A stretch of 62,617 nt of DNA, filler included, from Chiloscyllium plagiosum (Eukaryota), in NCBI RefSeq assembly GCF_004010195.1. It is 3 parts of one record of this genome, joined end to end, with 100 filler letters (N's around TTAATTAATTAA, not from the genome) between each part and the next. Parts side by side here need not be neighbours in the genome. Positions count along the whole stretch, not along the records: positions 51,151 to 62,617 come from NC_057710.1; 2 more parts are not named here. One strand, 5' to 3'. The notes under the pieces were generated by a model, which ran no database searches, was not told where the DNA came from, and was given only the letters and a program-made list of their open reading frames with translations. Of this stretch, positions 51,351-61,111 are shown piece by piece (the stretch's first letter is position 1; every line of letters starts with the position of its first letter). Position numbers and translations under genes: made by a program.

Positions 51351-52769
51351 GAAAGATTCACTTTGCTTGGCTCAACATTTTTCAATTAGAAAATGGCTAC
51401 CTGAGTGATGTCCTAATTAAATATTTGGAAGTTTTTTAGGAAGGTCTAGGGACTATCAAAGAAGCCAATGGCACCTTGCGTGTTGACCAGGAAGTAATTC
51501 CATGATTCTGCAAGGCCTGCCCAATAATATTTGTCTTACGGGCAAAAGTAGAGGCAGAAATCATAAGGTAAGAAATTGGAGGACTCACAAACGAGCAGTT
51601 TGGGGAATGGGCAGCATGCATCATAACGATTACGAAGCCTGATGGGTCCGTTCATCTTTGTGGGGATTCTAAATAAAGGTAAACAGTTTTTTGCAGCTGG
51701 ATAAATACCCAATCCCTCGCATAGAGGGCTTATATGCCAAGCTACATGGGGACTGTCCTTCACAAAGCTGGACATGAGCCAGTGTACTTGCAATTGTGGT
51801 TAGATGAGGATTCCCAGAAGTAGGCCACAATTAATACCCACAAGGGTTTGTCCCAATGTAAGTGACTGCTATTTGGGGTATTGTCAGCCTGTGTAATTTT
51901 TCAGAAGATGATGGAGAACATTCTATAAGGTCTACCCCAGGACACCATTTAGCTAGAGGATGTGCTAATAACAGGGAAGACCAATAAGGAGCACTTAGAG
52001 GACTTGGACATAGTTGTTAGATGTTTCTCCCAGTGGTCATAAGTCTTAGATGGGAAAAATGTGAGTTTCAAGCACCCCAAGTGACCTACTTGAGCTACAG
52101 AGTCGACAAGGCCAGGTTACACCTGTTGGAAGATAAAGTGAGAGTGATTAAATGTGCCCTGGCTCCTATGTCTGTGTCAGAGCTTAGATCTTTCCTTGAG
52201 CTGGTAAATTATTAGGGAAAGTCCATACATAACCTAGCCTCCATCCTGGCACCTTTCATCAACTCTTACAGAAATGTCAGCCTTCGAATTGATCGTATGG
52301 TGAAGCCATCGCTTTCAGGGAAGTGAAGAAACAGCTATCATCCTCTAAGGTGTTGGCACACCATGATCCCAAGCAAGATCCGGTATTGACATGCAATGCC
52401 TCCCCATACAACATCAGGATAGTATTAGCTCATAGGTGGCCCAATGGAAAGGTACATCCAATAGCATATGCATCACAGACTTTGGCTAATGTGGAGCATA
52501 AATATACCCAGATAGAGAAAGAAGCCTTGGCGATCACAGGTGGGGTCAGGAAATTCCACCAATATCTTTATGGGCGTGAATTTGTAATAATATCAGATTA
52601 CAGACCCCTACTAGGTCTAGAGGACAAGGCAGTGCCTCCCATAGCTTCAGGCCAAATTCAGCAGTAGACTGTAAAATGAGGTACATATAATTACAAGTCG
52701 GAACACCATTTGGGAGTAGCAAATGTGGATGCATTCCTCCACTCTGTTATCCTATACTTACCCAAGACT

Positions 52770-52970
52770 AAAGCACCCTGAACACGATGGGCAATTTAGC
52801 ATGGCCAATTCACCTAACCTGCACATCGTTGGATTGAACCGGAGGAAACACATGCAGAAATGGGGAAAATGTGCGAACACCACACAGACATTTGCCTGAG
52901 GCTGGAATCGAACCCATGTCCCTGGCGCTGTGCGGCAGCAGTGCTAACGACTGAGCCACCATGCCGTCCC
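52770..52970 (-). mobile_element. HE1-type SINE inside Gypsy pol
   Basis: GGGCAATTTAGCATGGCCAATTCACC...GCAGTGCTAACGACTGAGCCACCATGCC. Confidence 0.85.
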
Positions 52971-53004
52971 AATAGTAAATACACCAGTGGTGGGCCTGTC
53001 ACTA

Positions 53005-53455
53005 AATTTTAGATTAGATTAGATTCTCTACAGTGTGGAAACAGGTCCTTCGGCCCAACTAGTCCACAACAACCCTCCCATGAGCAACCCACCTAGACTC
53101 ATTCCTCTACATTTACCCCTGACTAATGCGGAGAAAGTGAGGTCTGCAGATGCTGGAGATCAGAGCTGAAAATGTGTTCCTGAAGAAGGGCTTATGCCCG
53201 AAACGTCGATTCTCCTGTTCCCTGGATGCTGCCAGACCTGCTGCGCTTTTCCAGCAACACATTTTCAGCCCTGATTAATGCACCTAACACTATGGGCAAT
53301 TTAGCCAATTCACCTGACCTGCACATTTTTGGACTGTGGGAGGAAACCGGAACATTTGGAGGAAACCCACACAGACAGTTGCCCAATGTGGGAATTGAAT
53401 CCAGGTCCCTGGCACTGTGAAGCAGCAGTGCTAACCACTGAGACAACATGCCACC
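53005..53455 (-). mobile_element. HE1-type SINE with an inverted Penelope family A mini-insert (53130-53268)
   Basis: 13-bp duplication CCCTGAYTAATGC at 53117-53129 and 53269-53281. Confidence 0.85.
53180..53209 (+). ncRNA. Minimal hammerhead ribozyme motif (family A, CUGAAGA variant)
   Basis: CTGAAGA-A-GGGC-ttat-GCCC-GAAA-CGTCGA. Confidence 0.72.
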
Positions 53456-54059
53456 CCAATTTTCTGTACACACATTCAGTCACAGTAGACAACATCAGAC
53501 ATTGGAGTGGAAAGATTCAGACTTGACAAAACTAAAACAGCTGGTGATGCTGGGGGAAACCAAAGGGCAGTCGTAATCAGAATTAAAACCTTTTTGGACC
53601 CGGAGAGATCAGATCACAGCAGAGGACCGCATATTATTATTGAGGGCAAGAGTGATTGTCCTGAGCAAAGGTCACTGCCAGATACTGGCTGAGCTCTATC
53701 AGGATCATCTGGGGGGTTTCCAAAATGAAGATGTTGGCGAGAAGTTATGTCCAGCGGCCAGGATTGGATGCAGGCATAGCCATATTGGTAGGGCAGTGCC
53801 CAGAGTGCCAACAAGGTTAGAAATTACTTCAGCTCCCACCCATTTGTGGGAATCATTGGGTGAATTGTGGACTCAGTTACATGTTGACTATGCAGGTCCT
53901 TTCATGGGCTGAATGAATTTAGTCATTATGAATGTTCGTAGCGGCCTTTAGTCAATGTGGCTGGATGTTCATAGAGTCATTCGTCACACAGGAGGACGAC
54001 AATAGAAAAACTGCATGCATCTTTTGCAGTACGTGGACTCCTGTATTATTTCCATAAAA

Positions 54060-54360
54060 TTCCCATATAATCCCGACAGAGTGGAAACAGATCCACATTG
54101 ACTCTGAAAAGCATCCCACCCAGACTCAACCGATCCCTGTAATCCTGCATTTTCCATGGCTAACCTACAAATCTCCAGACACTATGGGTAATTTAGCATG
54201 ATCAATCCACCTAACCTGCACTTTTTTGGACTGTGGGAGGAAACTGGAAACCCATCGTGGACATGGGGAGAATGTGCAAACTACACACAGTAGGTCAAGC
54301 GTGGAATCAAACCCAGGTTCCTGGAGTTGTGAGGCAGCAGTGCTAACCACTGTGAACCCT
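54060..54360 (-). mobile_element. HE1-type SINE inside the integrase region
   Basis: Reverse-complement V domain and tRNA head; integrase frame resumes at ~54365. Confidence 0.82.
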
Positions 54361-55327
54361 CATTATCTGTTGGTCACAGATAACAAGTCATCATTTACCA
54401 GCAGGGAATTTGAGTATTTCCTAAAGTTAAATGGTATTTCACATATAAGGACAGCTGCATACCATCCATCATCCAATAGTCTGGCAGAAAGAGCAGTCCA
54501 AAGTTTGAAGGCAGGATTAAAGAAATAGCCTACAGCTTCATTAGAAACCAAACTGTCCCACTTCATATTTATTTATAGGACCACCCCTCAGGGAACTACA
54601 GGGATAGCTCCGGCAGATTTGCTAATGGGGAGAAGACTCCGCACCAAGTTAAATCTGATTTTCCTAAACCCGGAGGGAGGGTGAAATTACGCCAGGAATG
54701 CCAATGCTATAAACAAGACTACGCTAAGTGAGAGAGACCGTTTACTTTAGGGAATGAAGTTTGGTCCAGAAACCACAGGTTTCTGCTGCATGGATCAGAG
54801 GCATAGTTGATGCAAGGTCAGATCCAGTGACGTATAAAGGTTTAGATAGGTGCGATGGTCCTGACCTAGCATGTAAACCAAATGAAACTGCAAACTCACA
54901 AATGGGGTGGGAGCAAAATATGCCTGGCTCCTGGGAACAATTGGAAAGTTTGGCAGAACCTGTGGGTTCTCAGTTTCCTTCAAGAATTGAAAATGTCTCA
55001 GATCCTGAAATGGACACAGCAGATAAAGCCTAAAGAAGAGAATGAATTTCTTCTGAGATGCTCTGGGCTCAAGAGGAGCATTAACCAACACCCCCTCTCC
55101 CCACCTTGTATGAGAGCAGAACTGGAGGAACCTGACCCAGAGCTAAAACGCTCCAGGAGGAACTACAAAAAAAAGGATCTAGCCTATGTCCTCCGACTCA
55201 TGGGGTAGAGTGGTAGTGGTTGTAATCGGGTCATCCAGGTGGTTCTCATAGAATACGAGTTGCCTGATTGGATCAGATTAACAGCCCCAATCAGGGAGCC
55301 CTGACTGGCAGCTTAAAACAGGCTGGT

Positions 55328-58206
55328 AAGGGCAGTGTTTGTCACTGGCCACCCGGGTGTTTTCCTATCTTCCTGGTGGTGGAAATTGAATAAAGATTGG
55401 TGCACTTTGTGTCTTTCACTGTGTCTCACACCTGCACACACACACCATGGGTGCTGGGGAAAAAAAAAGGCACTACCGCACTTAGGTAAAAAAAGAAAAA
55501 TAAAAGAGAAAGGAGCACGCGGTGTCGACCAACACCCTGGAGTTGTTCAGGGAGAGATGGGCGCCGCAGGGAGTGGAGTGCATCATTTCTCCCTCCAACT
55601 CTATTTTGATTTAGTCCCTACCCACCCCTTCACTGTTTTGATCACACAGCACTGACCTCTGATGTAAAGGGCAGTGTTTGTCACTGGCCACCCGGGTGTT
55701 TTCCTGTCTTCCTGGTGGTGGAAATTGAATAAAGATTGGTGCACTTTGTGTCTTTCACTGTGTCTCACACCTGCACACACACACCATGGGTGCTGGGGAT
55801 AAAATAAGCACTACCGCACTTAGGTGGTAGTGTGGGGGTTAAAGGAAAAAAAAATAAATAAATAAATAAACAGGAGTGTCCTCCCTCCAACTCAAAAAAA
55901 ATATATAAACAGGAGTGGGAATTTGAATAAAGATTGGTGCACTTTGTGTCTTCCACTGTGTCTCACACCTGCACACACACACCATGGGTGCTGGGGAAAG
56001 AAAAAGATAAAACAGGCTTGTAAGGGCAGTGTTTGTCACTGGCCACCCGGGTGTTTTCCTATCTTCCTGGTGGTGGAATTTGAATAAAGATTCGTGCACT
56101 TTGTGTCTTCCACTGTGTCTCACACCTGCACACACACACACCATGGGTGCTGGGGATAAAATAAGCACTACCGCACTTAGGTGGTAGTGTGGGGGTTAAA
56201 GGGGAAAAAAGAGAAGAAAAGAAATATATATATATAAACAGGGGATCCCTCCAATTCTATTTTGATTTAGTCCCTACCCTCCCCTTCACTGTTTCTGATC
56301 AAAAAAAAATAAAAACTAATAAAAAAATAAAGCAGGCTTGTAAGGGCAGTGTTTGTCACTGGCCACCCGGGTGTTTTTCTATCTTCCTGGTGGTGGAAAT
56401 TGAATAAAGATTTGTGCACTTTGTGTCTTTCACTGTGTCTCACACCTGCACACACACACCATGGGTGCTGGGGAAAAAAATAAGCACTACCGCACTTAGG
56501 TGGTAGTGTGGGGGTAAAGGAGGAAAAAAGAAGAAAAAAAATAAAAAATAAAACAGGCTTGTAAGGGCAGTGTTTATCACTGGCCACCCGGGTGTTTTCC
56601 TATCTTCCTGGTGGTGGAAATTGAATAAAGATTTGTGCACTTTGTGTCTTTCACTGTGTCTCACACCTGCACACACACACCATGGGTGCTGGGGATAAAA
56701 TAAGCACTACCGCACTTAGGTGGTAGTGTGGGGGTTAAAAAAAAGAAAAAAAAAGAAAGAAAAAGAGAGAAAAAAAATAAAACAGGCTTGTAAGGGCAGT
56801 GTTTGTCACTGGCCACCCGGGTGTTTTCCTATCTTCCTGGTGGTGGAAATTGAATAAAAAAGTTCGTGCACTTTCTGTCCTTCGCTGTGTTTCACACGTA
56901 TACACAAAAAAAAATAAAAAAAAAACAGGAGATTAACATTGTGTGCATTGCATTGATGTCTGTGATAGGAGAGTACTTGTGCATGCGGACAGAACTGAGG
57001 GCCATTCCCGTGAACACTGGACCCAAATCTAACCTGTGACACGTTGTGCAGAATCCTGAGCACTCAGCACCTCAGATTTGTCCAATTATGAATGAAACTG
57101 CCCAATGACCAGTGTTAAATATTTAATTTCAATGTTAACAAGACTTCTCGACACAATGCAATAACATTGAATCCTTAAAAGAAAATAAAAATAAAACAGG
57201 CTTGTAAGGGCAGTGTTTGTCACTGGCCACCCGGGTGTTTTCCTATCTTCCTGGTGGTGGAAATTGAATAAAGATTCGTGCACTTTAAAAAAAAAATAAA
57301 ACAGGCTTGTAAGGGCAGTGTTTGTCACTGGCCACCCAGGTGTTTTCCTATCTGCCTGGTGGTGGAAATTGAATAAAAAATTCGTGCACTTTGTGTCTTT
57401 CACTGTGTTTCACACGTATACACAAAAAAAAAACAGGCTTGTAAGGGCAGTGTTTGTCACTGGCCACCCGGGTGTTTTCCTATCTTCCTGGTGGTGGAAT
57501 TTGAATAAAGATTCGTGCACTTTGTGTCTTTCACTGTGTCTCACACCTGCACACACACACCATGGGTGCTGGGGAAAAAGTAAGCACTACCGCACTTAGG
57601 TGGTAGTGTGGGGGTTAATAAAAAAAAATTATCTGGAGTGTTCTTCCTAAAAAAAAACAGGAGATTCAGAGTCTCCTCAATTTAGGGGATTGACTCTGTG
57701 CTGTTACAGCTTTCCTTTTTTTTGGGAGGGGGAAACCTGATTCCTGAACTGGCTGAATTATTTAGCCAGTTTGTTAACTGGCATTCCTCTTAGTGAGGAC
57801 TGGTTGTTAAACTCCTGATGCACATAATGTGTTTCAGGTGTAACTCAGTTCTCATTATGGGATTGTTGTTTCACTGGCTGGTTACAGCCTGTGTGTTACT
57901 CTTGTCTCTTTTTTTTTGAGAAAAGGACAATGTTAAAAGAAAAAAAATTTAAAAAACAGGCTTGTAAGGGCAGTGTTTGTCACTGGCCACCCGGGTGTTT
58001 TCCTATCTTCCTGGTGGTGGAATTTGAATAAAGATTCGTGCACTTTGTGTCTCACACCTGCACACACACACACACCATGGGTGCTGGGGAAAAAATAAGC
58101 ACTACCACACTTAGGTGGTAGTGTGGGGGTTAAATTAAAAAAAATATATAAAAAAAGCAGCTGTGGCATGGGTGCTGGGGTAAAAAATAAGCAAAGAAAA
58201 AAAAAA
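55328..58206 (+). mobile_element. Head-to-tail stack of 3' fragments of a probable Tx1/L1-clade non-LTR retrotransposon
   Basis: ORF2-like C-terminus KEHAVSTNTLELFRERWAPQGVECIISPSNSILI* at 55510-55614; 3' UTR with AATAAA, terminal hairpin and A-rich tails; target word TAAAACAGGCTTGT recurring 10 times. Confidence 0.75.
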
Positions 58207-58281
58207 TAAAACAGGCTTGTCAGACATTCTCCAACTCTGAGAGCTGCAGCAGTGTTAAAGACTCTCCACATGTAAATAAAG

Positions 58282-58340
58282 TTAAAAATCGTACAACTTT
58301 GTACACCCCAGTCCAACACCGGCATCTCCAAATCATGACT
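58282..58340. mobile_element. Tiny inverted Penelope family B fragment inserted at the LTR polyadenylation signal
   Basis: 14-bp duplication ACATGTAAATAAAG at 58268-58281 and 58341-58354. Confidence 0.8.
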
Positions 58341-59188
58341 ACATGTAAATAAAGGGTGACTTGGTAATGAGGTGTTGGTTTTTGTTCAGTTATTTCACAT
58401 AAGAATGGGATTAGACCAGTCAATCAAGCCTCTTCCACCATTTAATATGATCATGGCTGAACAAAGACTTTAATACCTTTTTCTCAAATTAACCCCAAAC
58501 GCTTATATGCCAATCAAATATTTAGCAATCTCTACTTTAAATATACTCAAAGATGAACTTCCACAACCCATTGAGTAGAGAATTTCAAAGATTCACAACA
58601 CTTGCAGTAACAAAAATTCTGATCACAATGCGTCATTTTGTTTTATAACACTCTTACAAGCACCAAGGGATATTTGTTTGTAAAATGGTCACTAGACGCG
58701 AAATGTTGAATCCACAGGTGCTGAGATTCTCCAGCTATTTCTGTTTTTGTTTCAGATTTGCAGAATCTATATTTTTTCCCACATTTATTTACATGAAAGG
58801 TGCAGTTTAAAACAAAGCAAAACAACTTTTATTTATTAGATCTAGTAAAGAAGTAACAATAGCTATTACAGCAATGGCTAATGGTTATATGGTAACTCAT
58901 TCCAAAACGTAAGGCAACACTGCAGTTCTATTATCGAGTTTAAAACTGCAACTGCTTTCAGAGAATTAGGTATTTGTTTGCACTGAACACTTCTGAAAAG
59001 CTGTGAAGAATACTAAGCAGTTGGGGGAGGGAATACTCTTGTCTGTGGGTGGTTTGGAATTCAAGGCTGTCACTGCCTGTCACACTCTGTTGTGTCCAGC
59101 TCCCATCAACGCTGCCACTGAATGAATGAATGAAAATCAAATGTGACCTCCTCTTGTTATTTCCACCTCGCTCTCTCTCCACACCTGT

Positions 59189-59806
59189 CGTACCCCGCCA
59201 CAATCAAATAGAGCTCAATTAACCATTTCAGTTTAAAATGCACAACTGCACTTTGTGTCTTTCACTGTGTCTCACACCTGCACACACACACCATGGGTGC
59301 TGGGGATAAAATAAGCACTACCGCACTTAGGTGGTAGTGTGGGGGTTAAATTTAAAAAAAAAGAAAAAAAAAATAAATAAACATGGGATTTCCTTGGCTA
59401 CATCCAAGTCCGAGTTGGTCTGGAGAAGGAGCATGCAGTGTCCACCAACACCCTGGAGTTGTTCAGGGAGAGGTGGGCGCCAAAAAAAAAAAAAGAAAAA
59501 AGAAAGAATAAAAAGAATAAAATGCACAACTGCCCCGAGTAAAAGAAACCATGCTGGGTTACCACTCCCAAATGACACATCAGCAATTGCCCCTGAACTC
59601 ATTTAAAAGCCCGCTACAGCTGTCTCCCGCCAGAAACTGCGTACCCCGCCACAATCAAATAGAGCTCAATTAACCATTTTAGTTTAAAATGCACAACTGC
59701 CCCGAGTAAAAGAAACCACGCTGGGTTACCACTCCCAAATGACACATCAGCAATTGCCCCTGAACTCATTTAAAAGCCCGCTACAGCTGTCTCCCGCCAG
59801 AAACTG
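59189..59806. repeat. 167-bp tandem duplication, first copy interrupted by a Tx1-like insert
   Basis: CGTACCCCGCCACAATC...CAGAAACTG at 59189-59639 (minus the insert) and 59640-59806. Confidence 0.92.
59250..59517 (+). mobile_element. Composite Tx1-like insertion with a 16-bp TSD
   Basis: TAAAATGCACAACTGC at 59234-59249 and 59518-59533; 3' UTR piece + A tail + FLGYIQVRVGLEKEHAVSTNTLELFRERWAP piece + A tail. Confidence 0.85.
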
Positions 59807-60039
59807 GATACAAAAATCCGAAGGATCCACTTGGAAAAGAGGATTGTCCCTTCATTATCAAATATATAAATGTCAAATAATAATTCCTTTCACTGGAGAT
59901 AAAACAACAAGAAGAAATATAAAACAAATAGAACCGAATTAATTGTGCAGGGCTTTGGAAAATAAAGCTCGACTTCAATTTATTTTTCAGCTAGGGACAA
60001 ATGCCTCCCTTTTTCTAGTCTAATGGCATGATCCAAGCC

Positions 60040-60240
60040 TAATTTCCGCGTCGCGTGATGTGACGGCGACGGCTATTGGTGAGATGCGGAGCGGTGAGAG
60101 TGGCTGTGTCTGATTGGTCAGATTCCCTCCAGCCCCCATGTGATTTGCCCCTTGGGTGGGACTGGGGGAAGGTGGGGACTTGGCCCCGCCCCATCACCAG
60201 GCCTCTGTGGGCGGGGTCAGGGTGTGGAGAGAATGTGGCT
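60040..60240 (-). promoter_or_regulatory. Small CpG-rich promoter-like patch
   Basis: CpG cluster at 60046-60095; two ATTGG (CCAAT) boxes at ~60075 and ~60113; GC boxes CCCCGCCCC ~60184 and GGGCGGGG ~60209. Confidence 0.35.
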
Positions 60241-60314
60241 AATGATAAAGAGTCATAATGTGAAGGGGGGTGCCAGTGTTGCACTGGGGTAGACAGAGTT
60301 AAAATATTAAACAA

Positions 60315-60516
60315 CTGTCTGTGTGGACATTCTCCCTGTGTTTGCGTGGGATTCCTCCCACAGTCCAAAAATGTGCAGGTTAGGTGAATTGCCCATAGTG
60401 TTAGGTGAAGGGTTAAATGTAGGGGAATGGGTCTGGGTGGTTGTTCTTCAGAGGTTCGGTGTGGACTTGTTGGGCCAAAGGGCCTGTTTTCACACTGTAA
60501 GTAATCTAATCTAATC
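60315..60516 (+). mobile_element. HE1-type SINE, 5'-truncated
   Basis: V domain, GGGCCAAAGGGCCTGTT and (AATCT)n tail. Confidence 0.85.
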
Positions 60517-60546
60517 AAACACAAGGTTATAGTCCAACAGGTTTAC

Positions 60547-60771
60547 TTGATTTGGAGATGCTGGTGTTGGACTGGGGTGTACAAAGTTAAAAATCACACA
60601 ACACCAGGTTACAGTCCAACAGGTTTAATTGGAAGCACACTAGATTTCGGAGCGTCGATCCTTCATCAGGTTTTAGTCACAGCTACCTGATGAAGGAGCG
60701 ATGCTCCGAAAGCTAGTGTGCTTCTAATTAAACCTGTTGGACTGTAACCTGGTGTTGTGTGGTTTTTAACT
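60547..60771. mobile_element. Palindromic Penelope family B mini-element inside an older related repeat; hammerhead motif at 60687-60724 (+)
   Basis: Inverted arms around 60671-60685; 12-bp duplication AGGTTTACTTGA at 60539-60550 and 60772-60783. Confidence 0.82.
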
Positions 60772-61111
60772 AGGTTTACTTGAAACTGCAAGCTTTTGGA
60801 GCCCCGCTCCTTCCTCATGTAGCTAGTGGGGCAGGATCATAGGAAAAGATCAAAGTGTCATACAACTGATGCAGTGTATTGCACAAACCTAGATTGCTGT
60901 TAAAAGTGGCACTGGAAAAACACAGCCAATCAGGCAGGCAGCATTCAAGGAGCAGGAGAATCAACATTTCAGCATAAGCTCTTCATCAGGGAAGTGGTGG
61001 GGACAGGAGGCTGAGAGATAAATGGAGAGGGAGAGGGGGTGGGGCTGGGGTAAAGTAGCTAGGAATGTGATAGGTAGATGAATGTGGGAGGTGATGGTGA
61101 TAGATAGGAGT

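Larger units (their letters stand above)
51351..55210 (+). mobile_element. pol: Decayed Gypsy/Ty3 LTR retrotransposon internal region (RT-RNase H-integrase), interrupted by SINEs
   Basis: KPDGSVHLCGD, DKYPIPRIE, NTHKGL; RNase H LTCNASPY...PIAYASQTL...YTQIEKEALA...FHQYLYGREF; integrase WTQLHVDYAGPF, VTDN..FTSREF, YHPSSNSLAERAVQSLK; purine tract before 55211. Confidence 0.9.
55211..58397 (+). mobile_element. Gypsy 3' LTR (~220 bp own sequence: 55211-55327 plus ~58221-58397) split by inserts
   Basis: Starts TGGTAGTG after the purine tract; CCTGATTGG...CCAATCAGG palindrome; TATA-like TTAAAACAGG; AATAAA; ends TTATTTCA. Confidence 0.75.

Noticed and set aside
55809..55845. Helitron 3' end or intrinsic terminator
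   Set aside because: The hairpin is followed by A-rich tails and TSDs, not by CTRR or a U-tract.
55314..58220. CRISPR-like repeat-spacer array
   Set aside because: Vertebrate context, no cas genes, and the intervening sequences are homologous retrotransposon 3' ends with A tails.
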